This document shows positions 52,155-64,000 of a stretch of DNA of 64,000 nucleotides, one piece after another. Where the stretch lies: NCBI GenBank assembly GCA_964016885.1, contig OZ024740.1:270258001-270322000 (forward strand), written 5' to 3'. Within the stretch, counting starts at the first letter, position 1. Each line of letters begins with the position of its first letter. Origin of the DNA: Eledone cirrhosa (taxonomy: Eukaryota). Made by a program: the position numbers and the translations under genes. The notes below the pieces were generated by a model. The model was not told the DNA's origin, did not search any database, and worked only from the letters and a program-made list of their open reading frames with translations.

Positions 52155-53335
52155 TATATGTAACAGATTGGATCTAACAGACAGGCATATAAAAGGCGTT
52201 ACATCACATAAAAGTAGGTTCAAACAACCCTGTAAGAGATAGGTTTACCAGACTGATTTATAAAAGTGCTGGTCAAGCGGACGCACTGGCCAGTGTCCGC
52301 AAAAATGCCTTTGCAGTTGTGTCCGCGCGACGCAGCCGTAACACTGCAGCAACCTAGGTGTAAAGTCTATCACCTTCTCCCCTTTATCCTATCTTTCTTC
52401 CGTTGCCTATAAGTCTTTGCTCTTTCCTTCCTTTTTTTTCTCATTTATAGCATTTATAGTCCTTTCATTGACCCCCACCCCCACCCCAACTCCACCATTT
52501 TTTTTGTTTCTTTTTTAATATCTCTATTATTGTATAACCTTTCTTTTTAATATATAGTTGATATAAAAGATTCATTCTATATAGAAGCATTCTTCTAGAC
52601 ATGTATGGGAAAAATTGATTGCAAGGGAATCCATTGGACATACATATGAATTAACGATTTTTCTAGACTGGTATTTGACAGATGGTTTCTATATCAAAGA
52701 CACAGTGTGAAGATAACGTCTTCAATGCATGCCCAGTCGACGAATCTAATAACTCACTATACTCTTGTGATATATTTATTGATTTTGATGATGTTGTTTT
52801 ATTGTTGTTTAGCCCCAGGGCAGCTCTGATTGAGAAATTCTATGATCATAGATATTCCAATTGTTACAATTCCTTATTTTAGGTGTGTAACTAGGACTAC
52901 CTCTAAGACCTGTCAACTCTCCCTGTATGACGGGGAGATCTACCACCCACGTTTGGTGTGAGTGAGAGATGTCTTCTCTTGTGAAAAGTGGTATAGCTTT
53001 CATTATGTAAAATCTCCCCATTTTGCCTCATTTCTCCCCGTTTTGGGGCCCGTTTTTTCATGGTACTTTACGTTTGGGTTTTTAGAGGTTGGCAGATCTG
53101 ACCTTAGCAAATGTGTATTTCTTTTTTAACGGAAGTGTGTTATTGAAGAAATATTTTTACTGCTGTGTATTTCCGACTGAGTGACCAAAAAGAGGCTCCC
53201 TTATTTGACTCTTTAAGTAAATTTCTAGTTTAATGCCTGGGAACTGACAATAATTTACGTTATAATTTAAAGATAGATCAACTCACTCGTTATCTTCTCT
53301 GCTCTGTATCTTCGTTTTTCTCCTAGCCGTTTTGC

Positions 53336-53510
<175 letters not shown>

Positions 53511-55554
53511 CTTACTCCATATTCTGCTTTTCTATAATTTTCCCATAATTATATTTTCAGTTTATTTACATATTTTATCACAGATCAGACCTTTCTCGAC
53601 CATATCTTTTATTCTAATATTCCTCCTTTTAGACGAGGGTCATATATGAGGTGAAAAAGCTCTCAGTGAATTGGCTCTGATATATGGTTTCATGTTTTTG
53701 TTAATGCAAATCAACTCAATCCAACAATTTGTGTTTAGAAAATATATAATGTAGCATATCTTTCCATTTCCTCCTGACTTACTTAATGAAAAGTATAATA
53801 ATTATTCATCTCTTTAAAGTTATTAGGGCCCTTAAGAAAGGTGTGAACCATGCAGAAATGTGTGACTTTCTTCCATTAAATTTTGACCTGGTTTCTAAAT
53901 AAATTAGTTACTCCCATGACGCTTGCAATGCAACAGCATGACAACACTTCATACACTTTAAGAGTATTATACTTAAATGTAAGGGATAATAAACCTAATC
54001 ATATTTGCGAACTGTATCACACAGAGGCCATGTTGACAGAATCCACTCTTCTCCATTATTTGATGTTGCTGCATTATTTTACGTTTGCGCAAACGTAAAT
54101 AATCTTTATTTCATGACAATATGGTCGTGTCTTCTTTTCCTCTTTTCTTGTCCTTTTCTCACTCACTCACTCCTAATTCTTTTCTTTGCTATCGCATCTA
54201 CGTCTTCTATCTTCTTCACTTTCTCGAATCTCACTTTTTCTTTCCTCAATAAGTTCTACATATTTTTTCTCTTCCTATTTATGCCTTTCTCTCATTCCCA
54301 TCGCTCACTCTGCTACCATCACACAATAGCAAGCTTTAACATGATACGACATATTTCCTGTTTAGTGGAATGTTGGAAATGATTTATAACTATGTACGGA
54401 GGGAGTTTTCCCTTCTTTCTATAGTAAATCGGTTACTTTTGTATCTCAAAACCTCAAAGTTTCCCTACTTTAAAAGATAATAAAACATGATATTCTTGCT
54501 TTCTTTCTCTCGACTATAGATGGTGCAAATCTGAGAAAATAGTTGCACATGAGGCCATGACAATATATAGGGGCCGTAAATTTTTCACTACATCTATTTG
54601 TCGTCTACTGAAAATGAAATAAGGAATCCACTATGTGGTCACTCGATCTACTAAAGTAGCAACACAAATCTGTTAAATCTCACAAACAAATACTAGAGGC
54701 ACTGTATAACCAAGTTCTATATAAACTAGGTTAGAAAGAATTGAATAGTTATGGTATCGATGTCCTTGACCAGACGTCTGCTCAGTCGAGGCTGATATAA
54801 AGCTAACATTTAACAACAAAATACTTTAGTTTTACTTGAGAATTCATGGTGGGTAATTTTAATTAATGTGTTTTAAATTAAAACATTAAGATAATTCTTA
54901 AGAAATAATTATTATAGTTTATCAGAAAAGAACGTCTGCACAACTCAAATGTTTACAAAACAAAATGTTCGTTTCCCATTATAAATTCATCATTGCAAAA
55001 CACAGAATGAAAATATGTGCTTGTGTATAAACAATGAAGTTAGACTGTTATTATCATTGCTGCACTTTTTCTACGTCACTCAAACAGCTCGTTTTAACAT
55101 AGTTCTATTGTGAATAAGCCAATTCATTATTGATTCAATGTATTTTCCGCTGAACGTAGATGATTATCTTTCCATCAGACAAGATTTAAAAGAAAGTTTC
55201 CAAAACAGCGCGTGTCTTGCTTACAGGTAAATTACTACCAGTTTGATATAAGGATTTGATTTTTATATTATGGTTATGGTTATTAATAGTGACTCGATAG
55301 ACTGACGTTACAGTTAGCTTTAGGTTTGAGCCAATTCACTTTATCAATGTTAGATGAACTTTTGCGGAGTATATACACTACATAATTTTATTTAACTCTA
55401 TTCTATATTTAACTCTTCTGTTTTACTTATGCGTGTTCAGTACTTTTTTGTAAAGTGTGTGTGTGGGGGGGGGGAGGATTTCCAATTCTAAATATGTTTT
55501 ATTTTGTCGAGTCTAAATCATATATTTTAGAAAAGGAGAATATTAGGAAGACCA

Positions 55555-55741
55555 CTCATACACATACACACACAGATATATACATATATATATATATATA
55601 TACATATTTATATATATATATATATATATACGTATTTATATATATATATACATATTTATATATATATACATATATATATATATACATATTTATACATATA
55701 TATATATATATACATATTTATATATATATATATACATATTT

Positions 55742-55817
<76 letters not shown>

Positions 55818-55836
55818 TTATATATATATATATACA

Positions 55837-55877
<41 letters not shown>
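55555..55877. repeat. (TA)n tract with recurring CATATT interruptions
   Basis: Direct reading. Confidence 0.9.
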
Positions 55878-55879
<2 letters not shown>

Positions 55880-56072
55880 CAAAGAAGTGTGGTAAGGAAC
55901 CAGATGGACCATAACGCACCAGAGTACGCAATACTTTGGGTAGTAGAGTGGGTAATAGGAAAATGTTTAACACCGACGGCTGAGCTCAAGCCGTCTCGTC
56001 GGCTATTTCTGGACTGAGTCCAGAAATAGCCGTCGAAATGGCTTGAGCTCTGCCGTCGGGGTTAAACATTTT

Positions 56073-56076
<4 letters not shown>
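55878..56076 (-). mobile_element. Family A fold-back element in (TA)n
   Basis: About 60-bp arms centred on GGACTGAGTCC, plus the shared tail. Confidence 0.85.
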
Positions 56077-56126
<50 letters not shown>

Positions 56127-56277
56127 AATATACAAAATCCTGTCTCTATTTTTGTACCCTTGAAGAAGAGCTAAAGACCAACACGTTGAAGTTCCTTTCC
56201 CCTTTTTCATATAAAGCATGAAACTAATGACATTTTGTACCTCTGTTTATTGTTTCCTTGAACTATATATATAATAC

Positions 56278-56358
<81 letters not shown>

Positions 56359-56379
56359 TATTATATTTATTGTTATATA

Positions 56380-56587
56380 CAGGGTGAGCATAAAGTATTG
56401 CTTTTTGTTTCATAGGTGCCATTTTGTTACTGAAAATTACAACTTCCTGCAGGAGTGAAAATGTAAAACATGTTCAGAAAAACTTTAAACTTGAAATTTA
56501 TAAATTAAAATAATGTAAAAGTAAAATCTCAAATAATATCTAAGTTATGGTATTTTATAATCAGGGAAAGACTTTATGCTCACCCTG
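56380..56587. mobile_element. 208-bp Tc1/mariner-type MITE
   Basis: Perfect 17-bp TIR CAGGGTGAGCATAAAGT; TA on both sides. Confidence 0.9.
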
Positions 56588-57389
56588 TACATTGCTCTAC
56601 TTTGGATGGGTGTGCTGATAATATAAACACACGCACAGGTTGATGATAATATACACACAGTCGACTCTTTTCCTACTAATCCAATATTCTATTTCACTAG
56701 ATCTCAACCCATCTCAACCCATTTTGCCCCTCGAAATCACGAAACGCCTCCCTACCCTATTTTTCCATTTTTCAATATACTACTGATTTTGATATCAGTA
56801 GATTACTGAGCCAAATCAAGTTATCTTAGAATCTTTAAAAAATACTCGTACGAATTAGATACAAAAAAGTATCAGTCCAAAACAGAAGCAAACTATTTCA
56901 AATTATATATTTTTGAAAAATAGACGTGAATGTTCTCAAAGATTTGATCTCAGTCGAGGAAGCTTTTTCTTTTTAAATTCTATATTTCACTGTTAGCTGG
57001 TGCAATATTTTGAGTGGATAGACAATTCTACAATTCAACCTGTAAACTCAAAATACAAAAGATGCAAAATATGAATAATTTCTTACCTTTCTCTGAAATC
57101 ACAAACTCAGGGGGAAAATAGTACCTTGCAAAATAAAATACCTCGTAGCAAAATAAAATACTTAGTAGCAACGAATGAATTGAGAAGCTTGGTGACAGTG
57201 AGAAAGAAATATCTGTATTCCTTATAGATATACATAGATAGACATACACACACGCACACACGCACACACACATACACACACAAAGTTCTGTGTGTGTGTG
57301 CCTTGGTTTTGGTACAGATTGAATTTTGTCTCCAGTTTTTATTACCAGGTCGAAGGCCACTGCTCTTTTCAACAACGCCAAATAACAAC

Positions 57390-57424
<35 letters not shown>

Positions 57425-57425
57425 T

Positions 57426-57747
57426 TATTTAATGTATAATAAACAATACAGTATAAGACGAATACAAGAATCATCCGCATTCGTTCGTCAGACAAGGCAA
57501 TTTAAAACATACTGAAATATTTGAAAAATCTCCTCAAGAAAGGCAAAGGTTTAACGGGCCCAAAAAATAATAAATAAAAGTAATAATACAAGAGATGTAT
57601 AAAAAATAAAAATAAAGAAATATAGTATGGGGATGTGTGTAAATATGTGTATATGCACATACATATGTACATATCTTGTATTCGTCTTATTCGGGAAACC
57701 TCTGGTAATGAGGTAATTATACTGTATTGTTTATTATACATTAAATA
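57426..57747. mobile_element. Fold-back element whose two arms each retain half of an HHR
   Basis: Minus strand 57475-57497: ccttgt-CTGACGA-acgaat; plus strand 57689-57713: attcgg-GAAA-cc tct gg-TA-atgagg. Confidence 0.6.
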
Positions 57748-58037
57748 TTTAGCTCTTTAACCTACATAGAGCACTCTTCATTCCTAATTTTTTTCAATTT
57801 TCAACGGAAACTTCAATACCTATATATATATATATATATATCGTTTCTGAATTTGTTTAGCAAGATTCTTTATCTGAAAACGTGTGTTGAAACCGATATT
57901 GTTATGCTTTGGGAGGGTCATGTTGCCAATAAGAAACACACGCACCAGTGCTTTCACTTCAATTTATTATAAATTTAAGAATTTATAAATTTCCGGTTGG
58001 TTGGTTGGTTCCATAACTGGACGGTTGTTCATATATT

Positions 58038-58080
58038 GTCAAAGTTCTTTCGTCACACATTATGTGACCTCTTCAGTGAC
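58038..58080 (-). ncRNA. Minimal type I hammerhead ribozyme in a PLE 3' pseudo-LTR
   Basis: gtca-CTGAAGA-g gtcaca taatg tgtgac-GAAA-g aa c-TT-tgac; about 200 nt downstream of the PLE stop codon. Confidence 0.75.
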
Positions 58081-58278
58081 TGGGGATTCTTTTCTTTGTT
58101 TTTGTGCCTCTCCTTTGTTCTGTCCTACGCCATCTTGTTTTGTGTGCGTTGCGTGCTTAGTTTGCGCATGTGTTACATCCGGGTGTCTGTGTGTGTTTAT
58201 ATTTGTTTATTTATTTGTTTATTTACATGTTACTGGTTGGTTGTTTGTTCTATGTGTGTGTGTGTTTTCATTTTGTCC

Positions 58279-59025
58279 TTAATTGTAAGTTGTGATGTTG
58301 CTATTCCATTCATGTTTTCTATTTAATTTTGGTTGGAGTTCATTTATGTTTATTGCCTCTGTGATTTGTCTAAACATTGCGTCTTTTCTGTATGTAGATT
58401 CTATTTTTATTTCTATGTTCTCTACTTTGCGCTTATGTTCTATTTTAGCATGTTGGTGGAGTATTAATGATTCTTTTTTGTCTTGAAGTTCTCGCCAGTG
58501 TTCATTTAACCGTTCTCCTATACTACGAGCTCTCTTACCTATGTGCACTATATTCTTATCTTTACATTGTCTTTCTACTATCTTAATATTAAGTTTATGT
58601 TTATCTAGGGCCCTTCTAAATTTGTAAGCTAATTCACTTCTAGGGGATGTATTGATAAACATTACACTCTGGTATTTATTGCTATCATACCATGAGTTTA
58701 TTCTATTAACCTTATTCCTAGTTCTTTCTATTCTATTCCAAAATTTGCTCCTATACAAGGGGCAGGTCCCATTTGTATCATTATTTACCATTTTTTCCCA
58801 TTTGGTTCTGGCTCCTCTATATACTCTGATTTTATCTCTCTGATTGTAACCAGAGAACTGCATACGGTGAATGAAGTGTTGTATGTGTCTCTCTAGTTCT
58901 TTGGGGTTGCACATGCGGGACACGTTTCTCATCACCCGTACCAAATCCGCAATCAGTATGTTGATTTTGGTATGGTCCGAAACAGCTGAGTTTCGGTGGA
59001 TCAGATATTTGGAAGTGGGTTTAAA
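58279..59025 (-). pseudogene. Penelope-like element 3' fragment (RT thumb + internally deleted GIY-YIG)
   Basis: KPTSKYLIHRNSA, MQFSGY, PLYRSKFW, HIGKRARSIGERLNEH, RQITEAINI..PKLNRKHEW. Confidence 0.8.
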
Positions 59026-59140
59026 AGCTTGACAAATTGAAGTCATTTCGTTTAAAAGCTTGACAAATTGAAAATTGCGATAGGCTAAACCCAACTATAC
59101 AATACCAAAAACAACGAAAGAATTAATCAGGTAAAACAAT

Positions 59141-59183
<43 letters not shown>

Positions 59184-59224
59184 GAGAGAAAGCGGGAGGG
59201 ACGGAGAGAGTAAGAAATGTGTGT

Positions 59225-62200
59225 ATGTGTGTTTGGTGCACGTCTATATATCTATCTAACATGAAACATTGAAAGGGACCTTCCCACATGATGTGGGACC
59301 CCCCCCCCCCCCCCCCTTGCCAAAAAACCCTTAACTGTGTCCTACTAAAAGGATCCCCCCCTCCCCAAACACCCCCAATCTGAACATGGAGATCGAACAA
59401 CCCGATCAGGAAACGAAAAGGTTCCTGCCTTTTCTCTCCCTAACTCTTCTTCACCAACATGGCGACCATACAAGTTGGATGTTTGAATGTACGTGGCCTG
59501 GGCATGCCCTGGAAAGAGGACCAGCTTTTAAATGATCTCAGGTCACATTGTATAGATGTGTAGCCATCACCGAGTCCAGGATTCAGGACAGGCAGCAGCT
59601 AACCCCCATGTTCGATGACTTTGAGATCTACGCATCTCTCTGTCAGCCACGGGGTGGAGGGGGAGTTGCTGTTCTGTTTCGAAAAAACTTGGGTCTCAAA
59701 GCACAAACGATTCACTTGGACCTGGAGGGCAGCTTGGTGATCCTGGATGTGAATGGTAGTGAAGGTGGTGCTTTCAGACTGATGGAGATATATGCCCCGA
59801 CAGGGACATCGCGACCAGAGTTCTTCAAGTGTATGTAGCCATTCCTGGGAACGTCTCGCTCCTTAGTGTTAGCGACAGACTAGAATGGCATCTTAGATGC
59901 ACGTTGGGACTATGTAGAAGCTTGTGATAATAGAGGGGCGAGTAATAGCCTCAAAAATCTCATCAGCCAGTTCCAACTGTCTGATAGATATCGACTAGAC
60001 TTCTCAAGTGTACCATTGTGGACGTGGAGCAACCGCACTGGGTCTTCTAGATCGTATTTAGATATATTTTTAATTAGAGAGAAAGATAAGGAAACATTAA
60101 ACTGTCCATAAATGCACATGGTTGCCTACTCAGACCACAAATTAGTCACCTGCGTAGTCAACCTTGATAGAACATATAGACAGGGACCCGGATACTGGAA
60201 GCTAAACAAGTCACTTCCGGCGCGTAAGGCCTACAGTAAACGGATTAGCACCTTAGTTAAGTGCCAGTTGACGGGGGCGATCGTCAACAACAGGTGGTGG
60301 AGCTCTCTCAAGAGAGCAATTAGAATAGAATCGATAGCATTTAGCAAGGAAGTAGCTTTAGAAAAAAACAAAACCGATAAGGAACTGGTAGCTAAAGTAG
60401 AAGAGGCCCTTAGGAATGGCAATATAGCTGACGTGATAGCGTTGAGAACGGCATTAGACCAGCTCTTTAACGTGAAACACAAAGGTTGTATTGTCAGAAG
60501 TAGAACACGAGCTCTAAGAAACGAGGTAGCCAAAGTTGTTAGCTGGGCCCGAGTGGCAGAGGCAAAAAGTGGCAACACATCCACAATTCAGTCCTTGCAA
60601 GACAAGATGGACGCATTATACTTGAATCCAAGCAGATGTGCACGGCCTTCCAGCAGCATTTTGCACAACTGTTCGAGCAAAGCGGTACGTCAAGAGAGGT
60701 GATGGACTTCAGCTCCTACTTCGACGGCGTACCACGACTCTCGAACACGGATGCAGAGAGCAGCGAAAGGCCGATCACAGCGGGCGAAATAGAAGATGCC
60801 GTAGGCCCCTGTGGGAAACGCAAATCACCCGGTTTAGATGGTCTACCCTATGAATTTCACATAGGCATGCCGGACTTATTCTCTGGTATCCTCGAAGCGG
60901 TCTACTGCAACTGGCAGCTGAACGGGAGGATACCAGTTCAGTAGGCAGAGGCGTAGTAACGCTGATCAGGAAAGATGAGAACAAGGGGGATGAGATAAGC
61001 AATTTCAGGCCCATAACTCTGCGCAGCACAGAGTTAAAGATTTTGGGCAAGATGTTAAAAGCGAGGTTGGCGCTTGTCGTCAAGAATCTGGTAGGCGAAG
61101 CGTAAACGTGTGCAATCCCGACAAGGTCTATGTACGACAACCTCCACCTCATGCGATACATCATAGAGAGGGTAGGGTGTAAAGCTGGCTTCGGTGGGGC
61201 TCTGATCAATTTAGATCAGTCTAAGGCATTTGATAGGGTCGACCATCAATACTTGGAAGCGGTTCTCAAGGCGGTCGGCTTCGGTCCCGTCTTCAGAGGC
61301 TGGATCGCTGCCATGCACACCAGCATCTGCTCGGCAGTCAAGGTCAATGGCTACTTATTGGAGCCATTCCAAATCATGCGTTCCATCCGTCAGGGGTGCC
61401 CTTTCTCCTCCATTCTGTATGTACTGACTCTCGGGCCATTACTGCGGAAGTTGGAGCTGTTGCAGGGCATCCCGATCGAACCAGGACTGTCGAAAGCAGC
61501 GTCGGCCTATGCCGACGACATAACCGTAATGTAATGGTGTCGAAAACCTCGGACATCGGGGTAATCGGCAACCGATTACAGGAATACGAAACTTTGACAG
61601 GAGCAAGACTAAACCCAAACAAGTCTGTCGGTTTGCAACTCGTCACATGGAGAGGCAAACCCATGCCTTCCAAACAGTGTCGTTGGACGTTGGACGGAAG
61701 GACCGATGAAATTGCTCGAGGTCTGGTTTGGTCCAGACCTCCAGATGGACAAGAACTGGAACGAGATCACGGCGAAGGTGTTTGCACTAACTCAGAAGGG
61801 GGCTGAGTGCAAACTCTCCTTGAAAGGTCCAGCGGAGGTGGCGAACACTTACATAGCGTCCGTCATCTACTACCGCTTGACAGTCGTGCCTTGTCCCCAC
61901 GAATACCTCACCAAAATGGAACGCCTACTCTTCAAGTTCCTCTGGAAGAAACAGGCTCTATTGGTGAGGAGATCCATCTGCTGTCAACACCCTTCTAACG
62001 GAGGGTTGGCCATGCCGTGGCTGATGATGTGCAAACACGCGCTGTGGCTACGCCATCTCCAGGTGTACCTGACCGACGAATTGGTGTGGCTGTCGTTTGT
62101 GAGACGAGCTCTTTTCACAACTCGTCTCACTAACAGAACTGCAGTCTTGGGTCAAGCGAAGACCGAAAATGGGCGCCTGGCACTTCGAGTGCCTTCGGGC

Positions 62201-62670
62201 GCTCACAGCTCTCTACCAAGCGGAAACGGCAATCAGCGGAGACTCCACTTCGAGATTCTATAAGGGATTAGTGGAGGATAAGTGCGACGACGTTCTCGAG
62301 GAAACTCTAGGCATCGAGGAGGACGAACTGACCAGTCTTTTCAGGAGGACTTTCCGTCCAGGGCCTATGGATAATTTCTAGAGGTCTCTGGCCTGGCAGT
62401 GCTATCGAGGAAGATAAACAGAGGGAAGACGGGAACACCTACAAAACGTGTTCCTGGTGTTGAGGGTTGTTCTATCCACGGGGTGTAAAACAACCCCACA
62501 GTAGCGTTACCCCACCCCCTAATGGGTATTTCAATTACTTTATTTTTATATAGTTTATTGTTATTTTCATTGTTAAAGATTTTATGTAAAACCCCCGCCG
62601 TCATGTCTTGTAATGTCCCATTTTTGTACGCCCCTGTGGCAAATAAAGAAAGATATCTATCTATCTATCT
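59225..62670 (+). mobile_element. 5'-truncated Tx1-type LINE (second subfamily): ORF1 tail, disrupted ORF2 from 59459, (ATCT)n tail
   Basis: AITESRI, GGGVAVLF, YSDHK, GPGYWKLN, KSPGLDGLPYEF, LDQSKAFDRVDH, RQGCP, AYADD. Confidence 0.9.
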
Positions 62671-62689
62671 ATTACTTATAAAAAACAAA

Positions 62690-64000
62690 AAATTTTGTTT
62701 AAAAAATATACTATTGTAGTATATTGATTGACCCTCCGACTAAATTTTCAATGGGTGGGTCATTGAAAATTTCAGAAAATTTATAACAATTGATTTTATA
62801 ACTATGAATGATAAAATTGAAGCGTTTAACGCCATAAGTGGAAATGGGAGCGTTGAAATGAATATCACTATGACAACAGGTAGTGTCTGTGAAAAATCAC
62901 ATCAAAACAAAAGTATGGAAACACAAACGGCACAAAAAAAAATTGAACAAGAAAAAACACAACTTCACAAATCAACTCCACAACCACAAATCAAGCAATT
63001 GAGAATAACAATAACAACGACAACAATGACAACAATAACAACAACAACAGCAACCATAAAAAAAATTTTGCCTCAATAAGCAAAGGAACATTTACAAATA
63101 TTGATATTTCCAATGCGAAGGAAATGATCAATGAAGGAAAAAAATATATTACCTTCGAGGAAAAAGGGGGCTTTAAAATTACCTCTCCGCCACAAATCAA
63201 AGCCGACACAATGCGAAGGACTGAGATTTTTCGCACGATTTTGAACAAACAAAAAACCGGCTTTCCTTACTCTTTAAAAGGCAATGCTAGACATACACTT
63301 CATACAAAGGGCTAAACTATATGGAAGCATTTCTGTGCTCTTCAAAAGTGATTCCCTTGCGAAAAAATACTCAGTGACCCCGGTCATCTCTGCCACACAC
63401 ACACCTTTTTCCCTACATACATGGGGAAAAGAACACACAAAATAAACATTACCAATATACCACCCAACATTAACATCTGGTGGATTCTGGCAGGGTTCTT
63501 GGAGGAGGATGAAGACACAATACTGTCGATTCAAAAATCCACAAGAAACACCTGGAATGGCACAAGCTTGGAAATTTTGATCCAAATGAAACCGGACAGA
63601 ATTTTTAAGATACCAGAAAGAGGGCCAGTAGAAAATACAAACTATATACACATTTCGGCAGAAGATGGTAGGCCACATTGTTTTAAATGCGCAAGCACAT
63701 CGCATTTAAAGGCCTCCTGTCCCCCCTTACGAACAAACACCACCAACCCCAAAAAGTACTTTTACCAACACCAACTCCAAAACCACAACAACAACACACA
63801 AAACAAGCAAGCACACAAAAACAAACAACTGCTCAACCACAAACAACAGAAAAAACACAAACAATTCCCTTGAAAAACACAGTCCCACCCCATCCCACTC
63901 CATCCAACACTACCACAATCACACACACAAACACACCATCACCACACAACTTACCCCTCCCACACGTCCCTGACGATTCATCGCCAGACGAGGCTACTTC
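62690..64000 (+). mobile_element. Tx1-type LINE 5' part (ORF1 with CCHC knuckle); continues past the window end
   Basis: MGKRTHKINITNIPPNINIWWILAG and RPHCFKCASTSHLKASCP are homologous to ORF1 at 31168-31480. Confidence 0.8.

Overview
AT-rich, repeat-saturated animal DNA with no confidently identifiable host gene. The very high microsatellite load and the SINE family suggest a cephalopod such as Octopus (inference only). The window is a nest of mobile elements: Tx1-type (L1 group) LINEs (5 pieces), an R4/Dong-type LINE in (TAA)n, RTE and CRE fragments, about 15 tRNA-derived SINEs, non-autonomous Helitrons (one carrying LINE fragments), two Tc1/mariner-type MITEs and several Penelope-like elements (PLEs). 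One PLE has an uninterrupted RT + GIY-YIG frame between long inverted pseudo-LTRs. The main result is a set of short, TA-repeat-embedded fold-back or tandem elements, from at least 7 unrelated sequence families, each carrying a hammerhead ribozyme (HHR) fold. These include a U3-A8 compensatory core variant in the coding PLE and a 466-nt retrozyme-like unit. Their inversion breakpoints sit at the predicted self-cleavage sites. A second result is a probable Tx1 LINE / SINE partnership that repeatedly re-targets the same ATT-rich sites. All folds, alignments and coordinates were worked out by eye and may be off by a few bases.
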